From: Octopus sinensis
Taxonomy: Eukaryota
Direction: 5' to 3'
DNA length: 20,711 nt
Assembly (NCBI RefSeq): GCF_006345805.1
Contig: NW_021824541.1
Coordinates: 1 to 20,711, forward strand
Made by a program: the position numbers and the translations under genes. Shown here piece after piece: positions 8,561 to 18,174 of this stretch. The notes under the pieces were generated by a model. The model made no database searches, was not told where the DNA came from, and saw only the letters and a list, made by a program, of their open reading frames with translations. The first letter of the stretch is position 1; every line of letters begins with the position of its first letter.

Positions 8561-8607
8561 ATCTTACAGCTGTTTCAGAGAAATAAATGATACTCTACCA
8601 TCAGAGA
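8561..8607 (-). ncRNA. Degenerate minimal type I hammerhead ribozyme motif of the Penelope-like-element type
   Basis: Minus strand tct-CTGATGG-t-agag[tatcatttattt]ctct-GAAA-C[AGCT]G-TA-aga gives helix I tct/aga, helix II agag/ctct, a short helix III with palindromic CAGCTG, and a GUA cleavage triplet. Core position A9 is G here. Confidence 0.55.
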
Positions 8608-8649
8608 AGGTTTAAAAGAGCTTCAATAGAAGGAATTAGTATACTATTT

Positions 8650-8822
<173 letters not shown>

Positions 8823-8915
8823 TTAGATATATCACATATATATTTACATACACATATACATATATATGTATGTGTGTATATATATATATATATGTATGTG
8901 TGTATATATATATAT

Positions 8916-8946
<31 letters not shown>

Positions 8947-9130
8947 GTGTGTGCATACTTATGTTCATACGTATATACATACATATATATATATTCAAAT
9001 GCACACACACAGACACACACACACACATATAATCAAGCGCCTTAGGGCGACTCGCCTGAACGTCTAAATACAAAACACACACACACATATACACGCACAT
9101 GTATGTATGCGTGAGTGTATGTATATATAC
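8823..9130. repeat. (TA)/(TG)/(CA) low-complexity block
   Basis: Directly visible. Confidence 0.85.
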
Positions 9131-9455
9131 ATGTAATTAGCGTGTTTACCCATGTGAACGTGAGGGTAAACATACATAGGTATATACTAAAGTGTCGCGA
9201 TAGGTGTGCACGCATCATTCCATAAGTTGTCATTAGGTAGATGTCTCTATATAACACGTATTCGAATGTCTTCTTACCGCAAGACAAACAGTTTGCCAGA
9301 GAGAGAGAGTGAAGGCCATTATTTTTCCCTCCTATTCTTCATCGTCTTCACGCTACCTTATAATCACTATCATTATCATAATTATTTTTATTATTATTAC
9401 AATCAATATTTTTGTTGTTGTTGTTGTTGTTACTGTTACTACTACTACTATTATT

Positions 9456-9637
9456 GAGTGAGACAGCAGTGTATGCCATCAAATTGACACTGGGGTACAA
9501 ATAAACGAAGCCCGGTATACCCATCATGACTACCCGATTGATAAGGGTACACTAGGCATATGCATCACAACCATATGTGCGCGGCATAGTGCTTTCATAT
9601 CAAGATAAACAGCGCATGACCTTGCAGGTGGGGCCCA
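9456..9637 (-). mobile_element. Unclassified element D, truncated copy
   Basis: High identity to 11240-11393, with the same junction (tattatt|gagtgaga.agcagtg.atg). It carries 28 nt (cccgattgataagggtacactaggcata) absent from the long copy. Strand is inferred from which end is retained. Confidence 0.8.
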
Positions 9638-9645
9638 CGTTCTGC

Positions 9646-9784
9646 TACGTTCTGAGTTCAAATTCTGTCTAGGTCGACTTTGCCCTTCATCTTTTCGGGG
9701 ACGATAAATCAAGAATCTGTTTCGTACTGGAATCGACTAGACCCCGCCAAAAAATTTTCGGGCCTTGTGCCTAGAGCAGAAAAG

Positions 9785-9786
<2 letters not shown>
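9646..9786 (+). mobile_element. SINE family A, 5'-truncated, tail type B
   Basis: tacgttctgagttcaaattc...gtcgactttgcccttcatcttttcgggg...gggccttgtgcctagagcagaaaagatt, followed by (ATT)n. Confidence 0.85.
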
Positions 9787-9841
<55 letters not shown>

Positions 9842-9904
9842 GTTATTATTATTAATGTTGTTATTATTATTATTATTGTTATTATTATTATTATTTATTA
9901 TTAT

Positions 9905-9943
<39 letters not shown>

Positions 9944-10025
9944 CAGTACTAGTTGTAGTAGTAGCACTAGTAGTAGTAGTATCGTTATTATTACTATTAT
10001 TGTTATTATTTACTAATATTATTAC

Positions 10026-10073
<48 letters not shown>

Positions 10074-10207
10074 CATCATCATCCATCATATCATAATTAC
10101 TATCATCATCATTATTATTACCATTATCATTGCTATTTTTACTACTATTGCTATCATTATTATTATTATTATTATTATTAATATTATTATTATTATTATT
10201 ATTATTA

Positions 10208-10238
<31 letters not shown>

Positions 10239-10240
10239 GA
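9787..10240. repeat. Very long compound (ATT)n/(AGT)n/(ATC)n microsatellite
   Basis: Directly visible; it explains the poly-I, poly-L and poly-N ORFs. Confidence 0.97.
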
Positions 10241-10707
10241 AACGAAACCAAACCCCGTTTTAATCGCATCACAGTCCGCCGCCCTCGTCCAACCCCGCAC
10301 GCCCCTACACACAATCATTTATTTAGATGTGATTAAATATCCTGTCATTCGCTGTTGACTGTGATTTTTTTTCTTTCTCCTTCTTTCAATTGGGCGCCTT
10401 CAACAAAACCTCGTTTATTTTATTCTATTTTACTTTATTTTCTCGTAACGTAAAGTTGACGGCTGTGCGTTCGCTCATGTATATATTTACATATACGCTG
10501 TGTATATAAATACACATACGTTATATATATGCACACATACACACATATGTGGTGTATATAAAGGGGAAATATGAGATTTACAGCATTTTTTTCCTTTTAT
10601 TGGTGTAGGTTTTGCAGTGGAAAACGTACCACGGGTTGAGAGAAAAGGTCTAGACCTACAAAACCATTTCCCTCTTTATTTATAATACCCCCGATTTATG
10701 CATAGCG

Positions 10708-10920
10708 AGGCGAGTTAGCAGAACCGTTAGAGCCCCAGACAAAATGCTTAGCGGCATTTCATCCGTCTCCACGTTCTGAGTTCAAATTCCGCCAAAGTCA
10801 ACTTTGCCTTTCATCCTTTCGAGTTCGATGAAATAAGTATCAGTTGAGTATAGGGGTTGGTGTAATTGACTTGCTCCCTCCCTCAAAATTTCAGACCTTG
10901 TGCCTATAGCAGAAAGGAAT
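10708..10920 (+). mobile_element. SINE family A, diverged full length, tail type B
   Basis: aggcgagttagcagaaccgttag...acgttctgagttcaaattccgcc...ctttgcctttcatcctttcg...aaatttcagaccttgtgcctatagcagaaagg. Confidence 0.88.
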
Positions 10921-10938
10921 ATTATTATTGTTGTTGTT

Positions 10939-11134
10939 AAGATGGCGAGATGGCAGAATCATTAGCACGCCGGACAAAACGCTGAGCAGCAAGTTTTCTG
11001 GCTTTACGTTCGAGCTCAAATTCTGTCGAGGTGATTTTGTTTTTTATCCTTTCGGGGTCGATTAAATAAGTACCAGTTACACACTTGGGTCGATGTAATC
11101 GACTTGCCAAATTTCAGGCGTTTTGTCTATAGTA
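10939..11134 (+). mobile_element. SINE family A, head-to-tail with the previous copy
   Basis: aagatggcgagatggcagaatcattagcacgccggac...atcctttcggggtcgattaaataagtaccagttac...aaatttcaggcgttttgtctatag, then (ATT)n. Confidence 0.88.
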
Positions 11135-11156
11135 ATTATTATTATTATTGTTATTA

Positions 11157-11208
<52 letters not shown>

Positions 11209-11239
11209 TACTACTACTACTTCTACTACTACTATTATT
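11135..11239. repeat. (ATT)n/(ACT)n microsatellite shared by the SINE-A tail and the element D end
   Basis: Directly visible. Confidence 0.95.
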
Positions 11240-11765
11240 GAGTGAGAGAGCAGTGCATGTCATCAAAGTGACACTGGGGTACAAATATACGAAGCCCAAT
11301 ATACCCATCATGACTATGCATTGCAACCATATGTGCGTGACATAGTGATCTCATATTAAGATAAACAGCGCATGACCTTGCAGGTGGGGTCCAGTTAGAA
11401 TTTTCTTCAGGTCGAGTAGTCCATCCTGTTCAAAAGGTCCCTGAATAAGGGATGTTTAAAGATGATGAACGAAACACCCATGGTTCCAGAGGTGAATTAT
11501 ACAAACCCGAAAGAATTCCTCTCAACACATGGCTATGATGCTCCCCCACTACTTCTGCTCATGATCAGAGATGCACATATCGTCAGCCACCAAGGGACAT
11601 GCTCAACTGGTTAAGGTCAAACAACTGACAAGCAAATCTGTGGTGTTGAGCAGAATATTTGCTGTAGCCCATCTTTTATACTAAGACAAAACTATGTACA
11701 TGATAACACTTCCAATCTGTTAAGATGAGAAGCCATGAAATCCACTGCCTGGTACTGCATGAGGG

Positions 11766-11768
<3 letters not shown>
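11240..11768 (-). mobile_element. Unclassified ~530-bp non-coding element D, apparently complete, flanked on both sides by (ATT)n
   Basis: A second copy lies at 9456-9637. No long ORF, no obvious TIR, no clear Pol III A/B boxes. Both ends join directly into ATT repeats. Confidence 0.75.

Positions 11769-11800
<32 letters not shown>
11769..11800. repeat. (ATT)n, which is the (TAA)n tail and target of the R4/Dong element
   Basis: Directly visible. Confidence 0.95.
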
Positions 11801-11802
<2 letters not shown>

Positions 11803-12434
11803 AAAGCTACTTCGCTGAGAATGAAGGACAGTGTCAGCTGTCCGCAACCCGTGGACTAAGGTAGCATTCTTCAATCAAACTTCGAGAATTCTGCAGGGGA
11901 TTCGTGCAGATCCAATCAATACTCTTTCCTGTCCTGTTCCTATCTCTAAATTTACTCCTATCTTTTCAAACCAGTTTGTGATTTTGGTACTTATTGTTCT
12001 CCAGGTTCCAACAGCAACAGGTTGCTCCTTCAATTATCACTTGCCTTCTTCAACGACCAATATCTTTTCATGTCCCTCTTTAAACCATCGTATCTGACCT
12101 GCTTCCCTTTTTCTTTTTCCCGATACTCAGTCATCACCAGGGCATCCAATATCCGTGATTAAACAAGGTTTGATCCTCCTCCTTAATCACAACCACTATT
12201 TCCGGCTTTCGATGTTCAATTTCCTAATCACACTGGATCATTACATCTCACAATATCTTTATCATGTCATTCTCAATTATTTCCTTCTTCTGGGGGATTA
12301 GCCCATATCACGTCTTTGCTCTGTCCACTCCATGCTTGCCATACACTTCCCAAAGAACCATTCTTACGAAATCGTGTGTTCTTTTGTCTTCTCTTTTTTT
12401 TGGTCAGCTTCATTCACTCGTTCACAATGTGCCC
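11801..12434 (-). mobile_element. R4/Dong-type non-LTR retrotransposon, 3' fragment encoding a decayed restriction-like endonuclease domain
   Basis: Broken minus translation HIVNE*MKL...VRMVLWEVYGKHGVDRAKT...IIENDMIKIL*DVMIQCD*EIEHRKPEIVVV....ITDIGCPGD...EK..RYDGLKRDMKRYW...PVAVG...WFEKIGV...LIGSARI.. fits the RLE motif EN...KILWD..IQ.D..I.HR+PDI+++.....IID+..P.D....KE.EK..+Y..L. The short 3' UTR ends in (AAT)n. Confidence 0.85.
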
Positions 12435-12563
12435 TAGATTAACGAATATTAACGATGTCGAGGCCGATGTCTGAAATCTTACCTGTTGAAAATTTTATCT
12501 GATGATGGTGGATTATATATTATGATGTAATATCTTAATTACTGCATTAAATTAATAAAATTC

Positions 12564-12632
12564 GTGGTGGGACTGAATCCGGAACCATGAACTTGGGAAG
12601 CAAATTTTAAACCACCCAGCCACGCCTGCACC
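12564..12632 (-). mobile_element. SINE family B head fragment
   Basis: Minus strand ggtgcaggcgtggctgggtggtttaaaatttgcttcccaagttcatggttccggattcagtcccaccac (tRNA-like A and B boxes). Confidence 0.75.
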
Positions 12633-12635
12633 TAC

Positions 12636-12673
<38 letters not shown>

Positions 12674-12984
12674 GCGCCCATATGTATATATATATTCATA
12701 TATAATGAAGTGAGAATTTTGAGTAACCGTTAACTTAATGCAATTTAATTTACTTTAAGGTATGGATGGCTTAAGTTTACTTTTAACCTTCCCATTCTCA
12801 TAAACACCAAGTAGATAACAAACACGATTTGTGATCATGAGTGCTCCAAACCTCACGTGTGCGCATGCTCACATTTTTGTGGATGCTTGTATGAGCGAGT
12901 GTACTCGCGCCATGCAGCTTACCCGGGGGCGTATAGACATCCGTATCTGTCGACGGTTATTTTTAATATATATATATATATGCG

Positions 12985-13110
12985 TATAATAAGGGATAAC
13001 CACTAAGTGGACATCCAATATGCTAGAAGAAGATCATCTACGATCTAACTACAAAGAAAAGAATGTTCTCTAGAGAAATTCAGCAAACACCAGAACAAAA
13101 AAAAATTTTC
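12985..13110. repeat. Unclassified dispersed repeat, copy 2 (pairs with 4676-4800)
   Basis: See copy 1; both copies follow a (TA)-rich run. Confidence 0.6.
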
Positions 13111-13199
13111 TGAATTTTCTATATGCTAGGCTACTGGCTTTAAATTGATGTTAATTAAATTAATATTCAATTTATCACCCTCATTATTTAAATTTTTTC

Positions 13200-13230
13200 A
13201 TACATACATACATAAATAATATATATCATA

Positions 13231-13272
<42 letters not shown>

Positions 13273-13389
13273 GAGAGAGAGAGAGAGAGAGGAGAAAGAT
13301 AGATAGATAGATATTTATATGGGAAGAAAAATATATATACATATATAAACATATATATATATATTATGTTGTGTGTGTGTGTGTGTGTG
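13200..13389. repeat. Compound (TA)n/(GA)n/(GATA)n/(TG)n microsatellite
   Basis: Directly visible. Confidence 0.9.
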
Positions 13390-14245
13390 TACGAGGGTAA
13401 GTCAAAAATATCGCGCACTCTTGTTCTTGTAATTTATAAAGACAAAAGGAAGATTCGAGCAATTACATCGTATTCCAAACATAGTCTCCTTGTTTTTTCG
13501 ATGCACTTCTTCCAGCGGTCCACAAGCTTGATTATTCCATAAGAGAAAAAAGATTTTCGGCTGATCGTGCAGCCGTTTATGAACCGCTTCTTGCGCTTCT
13601 TAGTCCGTAGCAAATCGACGACCTCGTAAAGGATGTTTGAGCGGTCCAAGAATGTGATAGTCGGAAGGGTGGAAATCTGGACTGTATGCAAAGTGTTCCA
13701 GCAAATCGAACCCCAAGTTTTTACTGGTTTCGTCAATGTGGGTTTGCATTATCAGCCAACAATAACACTTTCTTTCACAACAGACCTTGGCATTTGATGC
13801 GAATCGCTGGTTACAGTTTGTTGGCAAGCATTTCCCTCTAGCTTACACTGGTGACTATAGACCCCTTTTCCAGGTAATGTTCTGATATAGATCCTTCTGG
13901 ATCCCCAAAATCAGTTAGCATCAATTTTTTGCGGAAAGTTGGAGCCTTGATTTCCGGTTTTGCTGGTGAATCTGGGTTTTTCCATTCTGTACTCTGTCCT
14001 TTTGATTCAGACTCAAAGTGATGGACTCAAAGTCACATCTCCTATGACTATTCTTTCTAAACAAAAAACAAAAAAGCTTCGCCTTCATCGTTGAAGCGGT
14101 CGATTAAGCGTTGACAGATCTTCACACGACTGAACTTATGAGATTCGGAAATCTCTCTTTGTTCCTTTCTCGCACAGACTTTACGGAAACGAAACTTGTG
14201 GTGGATGGTTTCATATGCAGAACCATGACTAATTTTCAGAAAACA
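13390..14245 (-). mobile_element. Decayed mariner (Tc1/mariner superfamily) transposon, 5'-truncated, 3' TIR retained
   Basis: Minus translation LKISHGSAYETIHHKFRFRKVCAR...SHKFSRVKICQRLIDRFNDEGEAFL..RIVIGD...; ...LLADNANPH...LLEHFAYSPDFHPSDYHILGPLKHPLRGRRF...FFSYGIIKLVDRWKKCIEK.GDY matches the mariner motifs RKVCARWVP, IVTGDE, HDNARPH, YSPDLAPSDY and RWxKC...GDY. The end is TA|CGAGGGTAAGTCAAAAA at 13390. Confidence 0.93.
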
Positions 14246-14304
14246 ACCACTTCTATAGTAAAAAAAAAAACAAACACTTGCCCAAGATGCCACATCCACG
14301 CACG

Positions 14305-14342
<38 letters not shown>

Positions 14343-14407
14343 TATGCAGTAAGAGCCAGTCGCCAACTTCGAACCAATATGACTAAGTAATAAGTACAAA
14401 GTTGTCA

Positions 14408-14609
14408 AAAGGCGGCGAGCTAGCAGAATTTCGTTTGCCGTTACGTTCTGAGTTCAAATTTCGCCGAGGTTGACTTTACCTTTCATCCTTTCGGGGTCGA
14501 TTAAATATGTACCAGTAAATCACTGGGGCCGATGTAATCGACTTAATCCCCTTGTCTGTCCTTGTTTGTCCTCTCTGTGTTTAGCCCCTTGTGGGTAGTA
14601 AAGAAATAA
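14408..14609 (+). mobile_element. SINE family A with an internal head deletion, tail type A
   Basis: aaggcggcgagctagcagaa|tttcgtttgccgttacgttctgagttcaaat...ctttcatcctttcggggtcgattaaat...ccccttgtgggtagtaaagaaataa. Confidence 0.92.
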
Positions 14610-14762
14610 AATAATTGTTTATACGTTATATATTCGCGAGTAGGAATAGAGAACCTCTCGACTCTTCGATATTCTAATCCTGTGGCTCATTAATGATGTG
14701 ACAGCTGAAATGAAAGAGAACTGAACCAGGGCTCATGGAATGGTTTACGTTTACTGCTAAAC

Positions 14763-14800
14763 CAGCGTTTCTCAACCAGGGTCCCTACTACTCCTTAGGT
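14763..14800 (+). mobile_element. Possible hAT/Charlie-type MITE end
   Basis: cagcgtttctcaaccagggtcc resembles the CAGNGNTTCTCAACC terminus of Charlie-family MITEs; no partner TIR found. Confidence 0.35.
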
Positions 14801-14827
14801 GCCTAAAGCGGAAGCAACTGTTAAATG

Positions 14828-14870
14828 TAGTAGTAGTAGTAGTAGTAGTAGTAGCAGCAGCAGCAGCAGT
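14828..14870. repeat. (GTA)n(GCA)n microsatellite
   Basis: Directly visible. Confidence 0.95.
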
Positions 14871-14939
14871 AATAACACAACTCCAAGTGGACCCACTGAA
14901 CATCTACAATCAGACCCTGTATTTACATTCACGCATACA

Positions 14940-15156
14940 AACATATATGTATATTCTTAATGCTATATACACACACTCATATATATATATGTATATGTAT
15001 GTATATATGATATATATGCACATGTATTGTGTATATATATATATATATAATATATATATATGTATATATATATATATAGTATGTAAGTATATACATATAT
15101 GTATATAAGCATATATATAGTATATATATATATATATAAAACATACACATACACAA

Positions 15157-15194
<38 letters not shown>

Positions 15195-15254
15195 GCACAC
15201 ACACACACACAGACTCATGTATACTTATAAATGAGGGGAGTGAGGAGAATGTAT

Positions 15255-15304
<50 letters not shown>

Positions 15305-15305
15305 A
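14940..15305. repeat. (TA)n/(CA)n low-complexity block
   Basis: Directly visible. Confidence 0.9.
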
Positions 15306-15869
15306 TATGTCGAAATACTTGATTGGCGTCGTGACGTCTGACCTCTGGTCAATTTCTCATGCTGGTGTAAGATCTTCGGACAAGTAAAACTTGTTGTTAT
15401 TGTTGTTATTTTCACTTTTCAGTCCAAGCCTTCCCCCGTCTCCCCCGTCACTCTCTTCTCTCCCTAACTCTTTCCCCCTCACACTCTCTCTTTCTCCTCC
15501 CCTCCTCCTTTTCCCCCTCTGTCTATCTGATTTGTTTTGTTTTGTTTTTTTCTCTGGTGTTCACTCGATAAAACCTCTTTTAAAGATACTCTAATGTCTC
15601 AAAAATAATTTAAGGAGACAAACCGTCGAAAAATTAACTCCAACAACTTTAAAAGACAAATTAAGAGGAACAGCATACCTCGTATTTAGCGGTCTTCTAT
15701 TGAAGATCACTACCACCATTACCACTTCGGCAACCACCGCCGCCGCCGCCATCTCTTTACGACTTCCATTCTTCTTCGCATCATAACGACTACCTCAGCA
15801 TCACTTCCCTGTCATAACATTCCGCCACCACACATCATAACCGCATTACAAACACAACTATCATTTATG

Positions 15870-15945
15870 AGCGGCGTAGGTAACCTTTCTCGAGAAGCGG
15901 GCCGCATGAGGCACAGCTGCTCATCACACGGGTCACACTGCTCTA
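15870..15945 (+). mobile_element. Possible hAT-derived MITE fragment
   Basis: agcggcgtaggtaacctttctcgagaagcgggccgcatgaggc resembles the CAGGGGTGGGCAACCT...GGGCCGCATG ends of hAT MITEs. Confidence 0.4.
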
Positions 15946-16108
15946 GGAAACACTGAAGTCTCAAAGATACAATAAATTAAGGAAAATTAACTTTAACATG
16001 GGCAACCTATTTCGAGATATGCATATACATACATACATACATACACACATGCACACACACACACACAGACACACACACACACACACACACACACAACACA
16101 CATATATG

Positions 16109-16243
16109 CGACGGGCTTCTTTCAGTTTCAGTCAACCAAATCCACTCACAAGGCTTTGGTCGGCCCGAGGCTATAACAGAAGACACTTGCCCAAGGTGCC
16201 ACTCAGTGGGACTGAACCCGGAACCATGTGGCTGGTAAGCCAG
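16109..16243 (-). mobile_element. tRNA-derived SINE, family B, well preserved
   Basis: Minus strand gcttaccagccacatggttccgggttcagtcccactgagtggcaccttgggcaagtgtcttctgttatagcctcgggccgaccaaagccttgtgagtggatttggttgactgaaactgaaagaagcccgtcg, followed by a TA/TG microsatellite. Confidence 0.9.
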
Positions 16244-16311
16244 CGATTTAAAAAGTTATTTCTTATGGTCAGTCACAGAGTGAGCATTGGGTTCACAACC
16301 ATAAAGCGCTT

Positions 16312-16366
16312 GACCTACATGGCCTTAACCTACATGGCTTAACCTACATTCCCCCTACATGGCCTT
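16312..16366. repeat. Short degenerate minisatellite, unit about acctacatggcctta, 3-4 copies
   Basis: acctacatggcctta / acctacatggctta / acctacatt / ccctacatggcctt. Confidence 0.8.
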
Positions 16367-16605
16367 GCTTTTGCTTTTTGAGCCAAAAATTAACTTACTT
16401 AACTTAACCTTATAGACGACGCGTCAGACTCCAACAGCCACAGGTACATAACGTCTCTACTACTGTATGTTTATTAATGCATGTATAGGCATAGACTTAT
16501 ATTCTTAACAATATCGCCATTCTTTAGGTCAAATTTATGATTTAAACCGAATCTTTACGCTTTATGTAAGTTATGCGTATATGTATGTATAATATATATA
16601 TATTA

Positions 16606-16638
<33 letters not shown>

Positions 16639-16640
<2 letters not shown>

Positions 16641-16760
16641 CGTGGGGAGTCAAAAATTATGACTAGCATCTTTAATTGATCAATGAAGGATTACATAATT
16701 ACAAAGAAAAACCGTTCTCATCAGATGACCGCATAGACTTCAAGCATAAAGGTCAAGTTA
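16639..16760. mobile_element. Possible second mariner terminus
   Basis: TA|cgtggggagtcaaaaattat directly after (TA)n resembles the TIR at 13390 (TA|cgagggtaagtcaaaaatat). Confidence 0.45.
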
Positions 16761-16767
16761 AATATTC

Positions 16768-16910
16768 AAACATATTCATATCATCAACATAGAGCAATGA
16801 TTTCGTTGCTAAGTTTTTGGGCAGAATGAAAAAAATTACAGGACAGCGACAGACAAACCAGGAATTAGCATCGGCCAGAATGCGGGGGATGAATGAGACC
16901 AGTGACCCCG
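16768..16910 (-). mobile_element. Possible very degenerate LINE reverse-transcriptase remnant
   Basis: Minus translation ...LPKNLATKSLLYVDDMNMF resembles NDLP......LYADD, preceded by a frameshifted ILGPMLFLV-like stretch resembling GSILGPLLFLI. Confidence 0.35.
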
Positions 16911-17829
16911 TTGTCTACACATCTATACATGAACACATACATTATAAAGACAATAACTATACAATGAAGTACATACGAAGAACAAAGTTTGTCAAATATG
17001 GTATTAGCTTAACGTTTGTGTATGTGTGTGTATGTGTGTACGTGCGTGTATGTGTGTGTGTGCATGCATGTGTGCATACATACAAACACATACCCATATA
17101 TACGCACATAGCACGCAGACATGCACGAATACATGCATGTATACACACACGCACACTAATACTTACACAAGCATATAAGCTTGAAACTGTTAGACTAATT
17201 ATCTCACATTTATTTATACCACACACACACACACACACACACACCACGGCTATGTATCGTTTCTGGATATTAATGTTGCGTTAAAGACCCAGAAATACTT
17301 CTTCTAAGTAGACATCCCAAATAATTAAAAACAACAACAACAGCAACAATAAACTTCATATCCACATATACACAGAAATCCGCCATATTAGACACATAAA
17401 ATACAAATTTAAAAAAAAATATATATATAGATGTGTGTATATTATATATCTATACACACACACACACACACAACACACACACACACACACACCATTTAAC
17501 TGCTTGATCCGAAGTTAATTAAAACTGCTCTCCCTGGTAATCACAAAAATACCTGAATTTTGACGTCATAAGTGTTAAACATCTGAACTTCAGCGATTCT
17601 ATTTTAGGACATCAAAGTCGTACAAAGATGTCGTCCAACACGCATCAATAATTTTGCTCCATCACTGAAATAGAAAAAGGAATTTGAGAATTGGATTAAA
17701 GAAGATGCAGGCTCAGTGATAATCTATATTTAAATCAGGGTTAATACATCTAATATGGGGGGTCGGCTAAAAAATAAACTAACGAGAAAGGTAACGATTC
17801 GCTGGAATGTTATGCATTTATACAGGAAT

Positions 17830-17972
17830 GATGGTGCATAGTAAGAGGTTTGCTTACCAACCATAGGGTTCCGGGTTCAGTTTAACTGTGTGGCACCTTG
17901 GCCAAGTATATTCTAATATAACATTGAGCCGACTAATTATTAGTGGATTTCGTAGACGGAAATTGAAAGACC
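17830..17972 (+). mobile_element. SINE family B, diverged
   Basis: gtaagaggtttgcttaccaaccatagggttccgggttcag...ggcaccttggccaagt...gtggatttcgtagacggaaattgaaaga. Confidence 0.8.
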
Positions 17973-18090
17973 TATAGAATAAGTACTAGGCTTACAAAGA
18001 ATAAGTCCTGGGTCGATTTGCTCGACTAAAGGCGGTGCTCCAGCATGGCCGCAGTCAAATGACTGAAGCAAATAAAAGAATAAAAAGAAT
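17973..18090 (+). mobile_element. SINE module C, fused directly to module B
   Basis: atagaataagtactaggcttacaaagaataagtcctgggtcgatttgctcgactaaaggcggtgctccagcatggccgcagtcaaatgactgaagcaaataaaag. Confidence 0.88.
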
Positions 18091-18174
18091 ATACATATAT
18101 ATATACATAGGCATAAATATAAATGCATATATATATATATGTATTCATATATGCATGTGTGTGTGTTGTCATTG

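Noticed and set aside
11441-11480. ctgaata...cgaaacac hammerhead-like motif in element D (also CTGACGA and CTGAAGA on the minus strand)
   Set aside because: Core G8 is missing on the plus strand, helices II and III do not pair, and the minus-strand CUGANGA motifs lack a correctly placed GAAA.
12880-12960. Small GC hairpins (gcgagt-gt-actcgc) suggesting a Helitron or hAT end
   Set aside because: No CTRR terminus or TIR partner; 6-bp stems are expected by chance.
17555-17690. Minus-strand acceptor (cctttttctatttcag) and donor (cag|gtattt) framing a possible 112-nt exon; perfect CRE TGACGTCA at 17561
   Set aside because: All three frames contain stops, and a single 8-mer is unsurprising in 20 kb. 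It could only be a non-coding exon, which needs RNA evidence.
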